Of a DNA stretch of 64,000 nt, positions 32,192-43,400 are shown piece by piece; the first letter of the stretch is position 1; every line of letters begins with the position of its first letter. A program made the translations under genes and the position numbers. Source of the DNA: Leidyana gryllorum EB-2025a (Eukaryota; Protista; Apicomplexa); the NCBI GenBank assembly GCA_048772705.1, contig JBLWGC010000230.1:1426001-1490000 (forward strand), read 5' to 3'. The notes beneath the pieces were generated by a model. It saw only the letters and a program-made list of their open reading frames with translations, was not told the origin of the DNA and searched no databases.

Positions 32192-32689
32192 AAAAGTATG
32201 CTCGAGGGCTCTGCCAGAGGGGCTTGACTGTGGTCGACGGGAGCCGATAAAAGCCCGGCAACAAGCACACTATTGCCAGCAGAACGGCAGAATATCTCTG
32301 TGTATCTCCCAGGAGAGCTTGCCAGATTAGCCACAGTCCCGCGAACACCAGCAAGATGGACTGCAGAGCGTCGTGGTTGAAAGAGTGGTAGATCAAAAAC
32401 TTACTCGAAGCCCATCGACCAGAGTGGCATCAGCGATACTGTCAGAGTCGACTGGCTCGAAGGCTCGCTTGGACTTGATGCGGGCGAACTGTTTCTCCTG
32501 GTAGACATAGTCACCGGATTCAAATGAGTCGTCGAGCAGTAGTTCATGAGCGAGTTTCCTTTCAGCCGAGACAGCTGCGTGGTGCTTTGCCCGCGAACTG
32601 ATGGTCGCTGAAGTACCTCCTGGAGGCAGGCCGTCCTTCCACAGAGGGAAAGGAGTGACACGGAAGACTGGACGTTGTTTGGCCGTCAT
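32013..32689 (-). CDS. TMEM230/TMEM134-like 2-TM protein
   Basis: Intron 32361-32404; TM hairpin ending VCLLPGFY; 3' end uncertain. Confidence 0.5.
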
Positions 32690-32711
32690 TCATTCATCAC
32701 TTTTTGTGCAA

Positions 32712-35700
32712 CTAAAAAGCGGAGATTAGGGCCATCGCAACTGCTATTGGAGCTCGCAGGTGGTTTGAGATACCAGATATTTCAGGCAGGGGGGGTCGTG
32801 TCTGACCAATGATGGAATAGGACCACAACTGCAAAAGATTGCCCTCGAGATCCGAAAATTGCGCGGGCACGAACTGCGAAGTATCTCTTCGCCATTGTAA
32901 TCTCCACATCTCACTCCCTTGGACAGTTGGGATGTTCTGGTCGAGAATGTCCCAGATCCTTTCGTTGGCTTGTTGGAGGGCTTGTTGAGTCTCCACACTG
33001 TACAGCGGCGCAATTTGTGTACTCAAATACCTTTTGATTCCGTGGTTTATAAGCATGTGTTGCCAGCTGAACACCACAGTACCGTAGTAGAAGTTGCCGT
33101 TGATCACTTCGTAAACTTCTCTCCACTCGGTATCCTGGGGATCGTAGGCATAAAGAGCGTTGGCCGACACTATTCCCGCATGGGTGAACAGTCCAGCTGG
33201 ATATTGCATCAGATACGCCTCCATCGTTTTTTGCAATGTGTATTCGTCGAGAAGTGTACCAAATGCCAACAGGAAGCTGGTATCGGTACTGATCACAGGG
33301 ACGATTTTGCCGTCCCGAGTGATCCCCAAGCCCAAGTATGACCTAATTGGGATAATGGTCTGGTCTTCGAACCCATCGAGGATCTCAAAAACCTCAGACT
33401 CGTTAGACACCACTTGCGCAGCGTATAAAAGGTAGTCAGAGGCTAGCGCGGTCGCACGGTCGGCGTCAACGAAGACTCTGAAGAACTGCACAACGTTTTT
33501 GTTCCACACTTCTTTGTAAATTCCAGCCAACACTCCATACTTTGACTCAATGACATCGAGACTGGATAGAGTCTCGATCGCTTCCAACGCTCCGGGCACC
33601 AACCCTGCGTTGACACTTAGGGGATACACTGCTCCTCCCAATGCTTGCGGATCTTCTCGCCAAGTCCCACACTTCGATCGTATACGAACGAGATTATGAT
33701 AGTCTGAGGGGTCCTTGGCAAAGGGCGCCGCGTGACGTAATACGGCAGCCACATTGGCGATCAGCAAGTTTCGCAGTCGATGACCGTAGTTCCATCCGAT
33801 CTGCGACCGTGTGTCCAGCATAGTCTGCACGCGGGTGAGTGGGACGCTTGCTGCATAGCGAGCGAAGGCCGGCAGAAGCAAAAAATCTACATCCACCTGA
33901 CTGAAGTCACAGTAAGAGGCTCTTCGGTCAGTGATGGGCTCGTTTCCATGATTCCAATTGGCGTAGTCTCCCGTGACCTCTTCGTGGCACATGAAACCTG
34001 TTGAATCTGTACTCTTGTCCCACTCATCAGGAAACTCTGAGAATCGTGTTTCATTGAGATTGATCCTCGACAGCGCGCCCGCCAGCACAGCCTCGACGAC
34101 CGCCACATTGAGGAAGTTCATCATCATATAAAGAGTTAACAGAGTATGGCGTCCCATATAGGTCAAGGAGCGCCATGATCCTCCAAGCCAACCGGACTCG
34201 TAAGTCAAATAAGCGAGCTGTGAAGCCAGTTGGGAATGGTCAATTCTATTGGTATTATTCGCTGCCCATTTCTCCATGACCTCAATCGTTTGGGAAGTCA
34301 GGTTGACTCGAAATTCATCACTGGCAGCTACCTCGGGTTCTAGTGGAACTTGCGGAAACCCGTCAAAGTTGAACGACTGTCGCTGTTCAGCTGAGCGTCC
34401 GTGGGTACGGCACGCCTCCATAAAATGGGGATCGTCATCACCCTGCACACTTGTAATATTCAGTAAGGCGTCGCAATCGAACAAATCCTCGAGAGGAGTC
34501 GGCGACTCCATTGGGATGTTTGTCGTGGCGGTTACGGTCACAATATTGCGATGTCGGCTGCCATGAGGGCTGATGGACGACGAGACAAGCGGAGTTAAGA
34601 GGATACGTAGTGGGCTGCTTGAGTTGGTCGTTTGCTTAACCTCGAAGAGTACATCAGTGCTCTCAAGCCTCAGCTCAACAGCGTCCTCCGCATAAAAGAA
34701 TGTTCTAATCAGACTTAAACAACGATACGGCTGCCCAAACACGAAATCGTCGCCATCACAACACCGTAACTCATAGTCATGCGGCAGTGTGGAAGCAGCG
34801 GGGCTTCCGGGATTCTCATAAAAGGCTCGAATGACAAAGAGACTTCCCAGTAGAATATCATGTGCAACGACGGTGGTGAGAATTTGGATATCAAATTGAA
34901 CGCCGGTCCATTCCCCGGGCGGCAACACTGTTACCGCAGACATCGGGCGTATCGTCAAAGATTGAGGAGGAATGACACCCGAAGGTGTCCATTCAATAAA
35001 TCGCAGCGATGCTCCGCTGTTCTGTTGTGGGAAGGCCACCATTACTCGTTGCAGCACTCGATGGGTCGCGGAGACGAGGACATGTGCAGCTAAATGTTGT
35101 TCGCGGACGATGGTTTGATAAGCGTCATTGAAGAACGTTTCAAAGTTTATCACAAAGGTATCAATGGTATCGAGCGGCGGAGACGTAGTGGATGCGGAAT
35201 CTTGCGTAGCACCGTCCTCCGCAGGCGAGGTTCCCAGCGTCACCCACCACACATGTTCGTCTGGACGACTGGGTCCGACGGTGTCAACGATATGGGCTGA
35301 GAGGTTTGCGATAGCACAATGCAATCTGGAGTAGGAGACGGCAGCAGCATCATTGGTCGGGGCTCGAGTGGTATTGAGTTCGAGCGCACACACATCCACA
35401 CCTTCGACCACCGGCACAGGAGCAGCAGCATCAATTGAAGACGAGCTTTCCGTACAATTTTTTGATGGGAACCAATCATTCTCATTGGGGTACGATATTT
35501 CTTTCATGTCGATGAGGCGGCTAAATGTCAATTGGGAGGCGCGTAGCACCGGAGAGGCCCTCCTCGGTGTACATCCTCGTGAGAACTGAGTCCCAGCAGC
35601 TTGTTGGAAAGCGGTCGCGACAGACACATCATTGAAGAAGAAACGCAGCGCATCATCATCCAAAGTCGACAAAGCCGCAGCCCACAATGTCTCACTCTCA

Positions 35701-36161
35701 CTGGAGTCCCAATACGCAGGGAGCTCGCAAGGCTTATCACGTGAATGATACGAGGGACATAGCTTTCCCAAACTATTGTCGAGAGTGTCAGACGGAGTCA
35801 TGATCACCCGAGAAGCCAGTTGGTTGTGCAAGGTGTAGAACATATCCGAAATAAGCAGGTGGCGCACACCGAACAGAAGGGAAGCTAGTGAATATGTATC
35901 AAGATCTTCTGTGAAGGCTCCTGTTGAACGGTCCGTCAACCTCAATACTATGTCGGTGGCCTGCTCCAGACCGGGTAGTGGGCGGCTGAAAACTTCATCA
36001 AACGCCAACCCTCCCGCACCCGAGCTTCGGAAATAGATCTCTTCGCAGGGGGACTTCCCTTCGTCCAAGCACCCCTGTAGGTGGAGCACAGGTAACTCGC
36101 CTCCCACCACCAGCTGGGCAGTGGTCAGTAGTGCTATTCGCTTCATCAAAAAAACGCTCAT
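32712..36161 (-). CDS. Secreted, probably GPI-anchored glycogen-debranching-like (alpha/alpha)6 glycosidase homolog
   Basis: Intronless 1149 aa; signal peptide MKRIALLTTAQLVVG (ATG 36146); motifs GSWRSLTYMGR, VDVDFLL, WREDPQALGG, YYGTVVFSWQ, EGNLLQLWS; hydrophobic C-terminus. Confidence 0.65.
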   Translation of the reverse strand: MSVFLMKRIALLTTAQLVVGGELPVLHLQGCLDEGKSPCEEIYFRSSGAGGLAFDEVFSRPLPGLEQATDIVLRLTDRSTGAFTEDLDTYSLASLLFGVRHLLISDMFYTLHNQLASRVIMTPSDTLDNSLGKLCPSYHSRDKPCELPAYWDSSESETLWAAALSTLDDDALRFFFNDVSVATAFQQAAGTQFSRGCTPRRASPVLRASQLTFSRLIDMKEISYPNENDWFPSKNCTESSSSIDAAAPVPVVEGVDVCALELNTTRAPTNDAAAVSYSRLHCAIANLSAHIVDTVGPSRPDEHVWWVTLGTSPAEDGATQDSASTTSPPLDTIDTFVINFETFFNDAYQTIVREQHLAAHVLVSATHRVLQRVMVAFPQQNSGASLRFIEWTPSGVIPPQSLTIRPMSAVTVLPPGEWTGVQFDIQILTTVVAHDILLGSLFVIRAFYENPGSPAASTLPHDYELRCCDGDDFVFGQPYRCLSLIRTFFYAEDAVELRLESTDVLFEVKQTTNSSSPLRILLTPLVSSSISPHGSRHRNIVTVTATTNIPMESPTPLEDLFDCDALLNITSVQGDDDPHFMEACRTHGRSAEQRQSFNFDGFPQVPLEPEVAASDEFRVNLTSQTIEVMEKWAANNTNRIDHSQLASQLAYLTYESGWLGGSWRSLTYMGRHTLLTLYMMMNFLNVAVVEAVLAGALSRINLNETRFSEFPDEWDKSTDSTGFMCHEEVTGDYANWNHGNEPITDRRASYCDFSQVDVDFLLLPAFARYAASVPLTRVQTMLDTRSQIGWNYGHRLRNLLIANVAAVLRHAAPFAKDPSDYHNLVRIRSKCGTWREDPQALGGAVYPLSVNAGLVPGALEAIETLSSLDVIESKYGVLAGIYKEVWNKNVVQFFRVFVDADRATALASDYLLYAAQVVSNESEVFEILDGFEDQTIIPIRSYLGLGITRDGKIVPVISTDTSFLLAFGTLLDEYTLQKTMEAYLMQYPAGLFTHAGIVSANALYAYDPQDTEWREVYEVINGNFYYGTVVFSWQHMLINHGIKRYLSTQIAPLYSVETQQALQQANERIWDILDQNIPTVQGSEMWRLQWRRDTSQFVPAQFSDLEGNLLQLWSYSIIGQTRPPLPEISGISNHLRAPIAVAMALISAF

Positions 36162-39100
36162 GAAAACCAGTGAGGGTAAGTGAACACCAGCATCTGCGCC
36201 AATTGTTGAGATCCAAGGAAGTGAATATGAGCCGTTCTCCCAATGAAAGAATCAATAGATCTGAACCCAAAATCATACACCGGGAAATCTTTCAGCCACT
36301 CACTTGTCCACAATCTTGAAACAAACGTCCAGCCGTGTCAGCCTCTCCTTTTTCACATGACTGAGAATGTTCCGCACCATTTCTGTGTGTACTTGCCCAT
36401 AAGAGGGATCACTCTGAATTTTCTCAGAGATCTCCACCCTAGATGACTCATACGGCACATACTGATCTTGGAAACAGGAGACAAATACCACATGCTTGAA
36501 CCAGCGCAACTGGTCAAACGTACTCATCTTGTACAACAAAGCGTCCCGAGGATTCTTGGCATCCCTAAAACAACAATTCAAAGCCAAAATCTTAGCACCA
36601 CACAGCCAACTCCGCGCAAACTCACCCCATTGATAGTTGCTGAAGACTGATCGACTTTTTCCACTTCTTCAGTACCCACAGCCCCGCATCAACCAGTCTG
36701 TTCCGGGCGAAGATGTACCCAAGGTGAGGCGATGAGAGGGTGAGATACAAGTGGCACCGATCCGAGAATCTCGATAGATGTGGGAGAGCAGCTCGCACTG
36801 GAACGAAAGAATATCAGAGGGGTACAAACACAGCCATCTGAACACACAGCCATCCAAACACACAACCCCCTCCCCTCCCCACTCACACACCCACCCACCA
36901 ACCAGCCCCCATTCACACACACACCTCGACTAAACTTACCAATCAGCCCTCCGAGAGAATGTGCGACGAATGAGAGTCGACCGATCGAGTCGGAAGGACA
37001 TAAATCCGAGACGTAGGATGATATCTCTTCTGCAAGCCTTTGTCCCATCGAGACAATGTCTCCTTCCGAGTGCTCTTCGTTAGCACTCGAGCTCAAATAC
37101 ATTGCTTCTGGGAATACCAAAGACAGCTGATTCTTGAGAAGCCGCATGTCCAGAGCGTTTCCCTGGAACCCATGTACGAAAACGATGAGATGGGTGCCTC
37201 TATATAGTTTCGGAGCGCTGGGGATATCCTCGAAAACCGGGCAATGGACCTTTAGAAATTGATGTTCGTCAGTACCAAAATCTACCGCCTCGTCCGCGGG
37301 CGTGAGGCTGTCCAATGAGTCATCCACAGTCGAATTGCTGAGTGTCCGCGACGGCGGGTCGACTGGACACTCCATAGGCAACACCTGACGGTCGCCAGCG
37401 CGTTTCATGTAGGCGAGAGTTTTGAGACCTTGGAAAGGCTCTTCGTTGCTACCCATTCTGTGACTGAGTAGAAGTTCCATGTCGTCGCCGGCACTGGTCC
37501 CTCTGGCAGGCATGGGTCCCTGTTTTTGTAGAGAACGAGTATAACCTTCGGGAATACTCTCGGCCAAACCGCCTTGGATTGAACTCAACCTGTTTCGTCG
37601 TTCCATGAACCCCCGTGTCCCACTAATGTTAGCCAAAGGCGTTTCAGTGGAGTACCGTTCCTCAAACATTACGGGGTGGCTGGTGACATCGAAACCTCCG
37701 TGAATATCTTCCACCGGGAGAGTGGGCATCTCGAGTAGCCGTTGCGATTGGCGTAAGTCTTCTGCCAACTGCGAATGCGTCAGCCCCAATCCAGGCTCCA
37801 CCGGCAAAGCGGCGCTCCTCGCTGCCAGTACCTCCAGATAAATCACTTCTTTGCATCGTGCCGCTATGCGCTTCTCCCAGATCAATTGGTGAAAGAACTG
37901 TACCTCTGTGAGGGCAGAGATGACATTATTTCTCACAGCAGGTCTCACCTTTGTGTACCACCGTGCACAGCGTTCTGAGTTTTTGCCACACTTCGTGGAT
38001 CTGGCGCCACACAAGATTGAAGTCTTCAGCCAGAATGTGTTGGATCATTCCTCCCAGGGAAGAATCGCTCGGACTGCGCTGTCGCGGCAAACGAGCACTG
38101 GGCAGCAGATAGGGTACAGATACAGTCCTACAATTGACCGATATTTGTGTGAGACGTCTCTTTTGATCACACAAGTCTCACCGAATTGCGCCTGCGATGG
38201 CCACATTCTCCGATCGACCAGTGAAAATCTCCTCAGCAACATCAGCACAGAGGTGGGCGGGTAAGGTGAAGGTGACCTTCCCCCTTTTCAATGCAGGCAA
38301 TTCGACTTCGGAAGTGTCTGGAAGCCCATTGGGCAACGAGGGAATCACCAGCTGCGCTGGTAGCTGGAGAGGGGCGTCATGTTTGAGCCATCCAAGTGCC
38401 CTTTCTTCGTCTTCGGAGAGGCAGCGGAGACCGATTGTGACCAGATGAACGCGCAGTCGATAATAAGTACGTAGAAGTAATATCATGTATTGGTGATATA
38501 CAAGATCAGCTCGGGAAATTAACATTTGGGTATATTCTGCATTGTCACGATGCTTTTGACTCCGACTCCCCCCCGATGGCGTGTCGGCCCACAGTGCATC
38601 CGTCATTCGCCCGTCGTCAGGGGAACTTCCTTCCGGCAGCAGATTGAGGGCTTGGCACACCTCTGCCAAATGCTCAAAGAGATTTACGCCATCGCGAGAG
38701 TGAATAGATAAAGTCGTGCTGATGTTATCAACGGCCAAGAAACGGGGAGTGTCTGTTGGTCGGCTCGCTTGGTCTGAAGCGAAATTTCTCTCCACCGCTC
38801 GCGATGCGTATTGCAAACTGGGTGGCGGCTTGGGTACATACAGACGCGGAGGCAGAACTGGGAGCTGTGCCACCGACCGAACCGAGTTCCGTATGTCAAT
38901 CAGTGCCGTGAAGACAGTACAATGGACAACACAGCAGTGAAGGTGGTCGAATGTCGCTTGGAAGTATTCGGCCGAACCTGCAACCGGGTTCTGAATGCGG
39001 AACACTTGATAGGCAGCGTCCGCAAATGAGATATCTCCAATTTCTGGGGTCCCTGGCTCCGTCTGACACATTGATGAGAGAACCGTCTCCTTATGGCGGC

Positions 39101-39646
39101 TCACCTCGCGGAGGGGAGATGTAAGAAAGTCACTAGTCGCAGAGTCTTTAGTTTGCCGTCGAGCAGCGGATCTCTTAGCGGCATTCGCATTCTTTTTGGA
39201 CGGAGCCTCGGCGTACATCAAATCCAGCTCAACATACACCGGAGCCGTATACGACACACCTCGACTGAGATCGACCTCGAGTCGGAAGAGTACCGCATCA
39301 TTGAGTTCCACCTCCTCTTCACAATAACGGATTTGGAAGGTACGAGTGGTGAAGGACAGTTGTTGCTCGTTGATAAAGGCCGGATGTAGACAATGTGCAT
39401 CAACGGGTTGTGAACCTCGAGACTCTCGTCTGTCCGATATTGCTTCGAGCGGATTTATAGTTATGCGAGAGGGCACCCCCGCTTGTACCTGCAACTGAGT
39501 GGCGTCTACCACGAGCGACCTACGTCATTTTTCCCAAGCTCGCGATAAGCAGCGGCTCGTATCTGATATAGGCCCTGATGGAAGAGGTCCACATTGCGGA
39601 GCGAGTGCAGGTGTAGGTAGACCTCCAGTGACCCGAAGTGAGCCAT
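36158..39646 (-). CDS. FAM135-like protein (C-terminal DUF676 serine esterase domain, multi-exon)
   Basis: Exon 1 MAHFGSLEVYLHLHSLRNVDLFHQGLYQIR; HLIVFVHGFQGN, FVAHSLGGLI, QDQYVPYESSR, IDSFIGRTAHI; first intron boundary uncertain; stop TGA 36158-36160. Confidence 0.85.
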
Positions 39647-39660
39647 TTTAAAAACTTTCG

Positions 39661-42600
39661 ATGCCCTCCACACTTCAGGCTGACCTCCTGAAGAACGTCA
39701 AGGGCGTGTACAACTTCGACCCGGAGAGCTTCAAGGACTGCTGCCGCGGACTAGAGAGTTTCAGAGCGCAGGCCGATGCTTGGTCCACATGTATAGAAAT
39801 TGTGTCAGGTTCGGCTAGCTCCTCCTCAGAGTCACCTCCCACGCCCACTGGGAGCGACGGGACGAATGTGAGAACACGAGCTGCTCGGCGAGCGGGTGAG
39901 GAGGCTGCTGCTACAGCTCTGGACGTTGATGGGGATTTGTTGTTCTTTGCCGCGTCTACACTTGGAGCGGCTCTGATGGAAGGCCCGCCTCCTGAAGCTG
40001 CCCTGTCAGACTTGTTGAAATGTGCACAAGTCAGAAAAGACGCTCCAGAAGAAGTGATAGTGCAGATATCCTTCGCCATCGCCGCGGCTCTGTTATGGCT
40101 CTACGCAGGTGGTGGCGACCAGGACCCGGACAAATCAATTCTCGACCATCTCGACCCTATCCGTACCCAAACCACTTATGTAATCCACTGTTTCACCGGA
40201 CTATGTGACCTCGTGATAGATCCGAGATTTCCCGCTGCCCCCGAAGTGGTCACTGTTGCCAAAGAGCGACTAATCCCGGTGGCAGGAGAGCTTTTTGCCA
40301 TCTGGCACGAAGCCTCGTCCACAGCTGCTATAGACGCCCCCTCTCCCACTGGAAATGCCTGTGCTCGCGCGGCCAGTTCATGGTTTCAAATGGCCTACGC
40401 TATGGCGCTAACCGACCCTGTCGCCCTTGCCCCCCTCATTAATTCTTGGTTATGTCGGCCGGAAGAGTTTGTGGCCGATCTGGCACTATGGATGATGAAT
40501 CCTCACATATCTCCCCTGGCGCTGAGCACTTTTTTGAGCATTGTCGGACCTTGTTGCCACCAAGAGCTCTATGACCCAGTTGTTGGAACGCGTTTGTTGG
40601 ATTGCATCAACCGTGTGGGACTCCAAATGCAACAGGAGTCCTCGCCCTGGGCGGCGAACGTTCTAGCCAAAACATTTGTACGGGGAGCTGCTGCCTGCGC
40701 CAATCAGCTTCTGCCGGCCTTATTATTCGAAGTTGATCGAGATAGCACTGACTGCCAAACCCTCTTGACGATGCTGCTCCCTTGTCTGGACGCCCAGGAC
40801 CTCTCCATGCGCGAGTCTGCCTTGGGCACTTACTATGCGCTCGTCAGCTATCACTTAGCCCTGCGAAAGCAAGCGCAGACTAACACTTCTCTCGCAGCCG
40901 TCGTCACAACCAGAGAAGCACTGCTGCAACCCCTCTTGATGCCTGTCACCGAGTGGGTCTTCCACAAAGGCCTTCCCTTCCCAGATGGGGAGGCTGAAGG
41001 GTTCGACTTTGAGGCGTGGGTTGAATTTCGTGACACTTGCTGCCATTTCCTCACTGATGTGGCCTCCATAGTACGATATGACTTCATCTTGGGAGCTGCC
41101 GGGACTGAACTCCACGAGTGGATCAATCACGCCAAATCCGTGAGTGAGAGAGTCTGTGAAATGCGAAAATGTCCCTTCTTCCGTCAGTACGCTGGCAACA
41201 TAGTCCCGTGGACAAGAGTCGAGGCGTGTTTGACTGCTCTGGCCACTATAGCCCCGCAAGCGCCTGCTGGGCACGACAACTTTATCCCAATGGCCCTGCA
41301 GATCCTCCCACAGTTGCACTACCCCGATGAAATCGTTGAAGGACTGCTGCTGCGGGCTTCTGCTGCTCGACTCATACTATGGACGGCCCGATATGTTGGC
41401 ACCGATCGACGGATGTACATGCAACTCTTCAACCTCTGTGAACGCTTCGTGGTGTTCGTCTCAGAGTGCTTGGTAAGACGCCAAAACCGTTCCGACAGCC
41501 AGCCGCTGGACCATCGCGCCTCCTCAGACTCGCTCTGGGCCAAGCACCTCGCTGGGACGCTACATTCGTCATTGCGAAGCAGCGATCGCTGAGACAATCG
41601 CCGCCTTATGCAACGCCGCCATCCCCGCAAACGCCTCCAACGAACGACAGGACACCGACTTGAGCTCAACTGACCTGCATCACTTGTGTACCACCCTGAT
41701 CCAGCTACAGACCAGGTGTGTTAGTGATACCCGGCCACTGGAGCTTACAATTTACGTACCACAGAGATGCTCTGAGTCTTCCGACCCGATGCGCCCTCAT
41801 CATCGCTAACGCAGCTGTACTCAGCTGTATGGACGATGCCACCTGCAAAGAAGTTCGTCACTCACTCATCAAGGTGTGTTTGGCCAGTGGATCCTCGAGA
41901 AAAATATGATTTCATAGGGCCTGAAAATCCGCTTAGAAGAATTAATACAGCAAAACGGAGTCGAGTGCAAGGGTGTACGAGAAGTCTCCAAGCTCCTTCT
42001 GGTGACACTCCAGTCTCTCCCACAGAAAGGAAGAGTGCGAAGCCACTTGATTGAGGATCTGCAGGGTCTGCGTGAGTCCTCAAAACTCACACTGTGACAA
42101 AAAGCCACATCAGGCGATGATCTGATCAAGGACCACCAACTTCTGGAAGATCTCGAGCTTCATTGGCCGATCATGGACCACCTCTTCGCCACCGTTGGTG
42201 GACGAGACTGGGGCGCCGAAGCCATATCCTTGTGTATAGTCGCGGTGCTATCACAAATGCGCAGAGTGGTGTCTCAAACTTCGTAAGCTCATCCTCGTTG
42301 CTTCATCCACCATAGAGTGATAGGCTGTTCGGCAAATGTTGCAATCTCTTTCTCCAGTCGTTGGAGAAGCCTTCTGTCTACTATCTGGGGGGGATAAGAG
42401 ACGTAAGGTCGTGAACACAGCCGTCAATTGTCAGCTGCAGACCGTTCGCATGTTCGGAGGACTCGAGACGACCGCTGTACAGTCTGGGCTGCGGCCTCTC
42501 CTTCGAAGTGTGGTGGAGAAGACTGTGATGTACACAAGAGTATGACTCAGCTTCCAAGCATTTATTCGCTGCTTTCTCAGGTAGACGACGTCGTAGCGGA

Positions 42601-43400
42601 CCACCCTGATTTGGTTGGAATGGTTATTGACGTCCTCAATGTCGGCCTGCAATCCCCACCATGCAGTAAAACACTCTTGGAAATGCCAGAGCTCCCAGCC
42701 CTCTTCGATCGGATGATCGATCTTACTGGCCAATGCGCCCACCCCAAGGTATATAATGAGTATCAGAAGCTAAGATGCTTCGTTCATCGATGATCAGGTC
42801 CAATTGACTACCTCACATTTTCTTTACCGCGTGTGCTCATGGCCAGACCCTACTAATAACCTAACAGAGATCCCGGAATGGGTTCTCGCTCGGTATCACA
42901 ACGATGTCAAGAACGAAGTAACCACCAAGTGGAACGAATGTGTCGACTTCTGCAAATCGAAAGCTCTCGAAATGTTCACAGAAGAACGACTCACCAAATT
43001 AGTCAGCGGCACATTCTCAGAGCTATCGGCTCACACACAGAGTAAGCCGCGTAATTGCACTTTGCTCAAACGCACCAAAGACAACCCGGAATGGATCGAG
43101 ACTGTCGGCGCCATAATGATTCGCTTGCTGGAAACGTCACAATGTCATGCTGTTGTCGAGCAGGCGATCACCGCCGCCCTGACAATACCCCAGGAGGGCA
43201 TAGTAAATTTGTTCGGAGCGCTGGGTGAAGAGCGGTATAAAAGCTTGGTCGACCATCTGAAAACGACAGGAGATGCGTCTCAGTACTGTGCATTACTGTC
43301 TGAAGTAGTATATCGAGCCAGAGCCGTGCAAAAGCACGGAGCAGCTACCGCAGAAACACGTGCGCACACGACTTCACGGATCGGCCGATCCCGTAGATGA
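39661..43400 (+). CDS. Importin-beta/transportin-3-like HEAT-repeat protein (multi-exon)
   Basis: Helical repeats, AQADAWSTC, LLFFAASTL, WTRVEACLTAL; several short introns. Confidence 0.6.
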
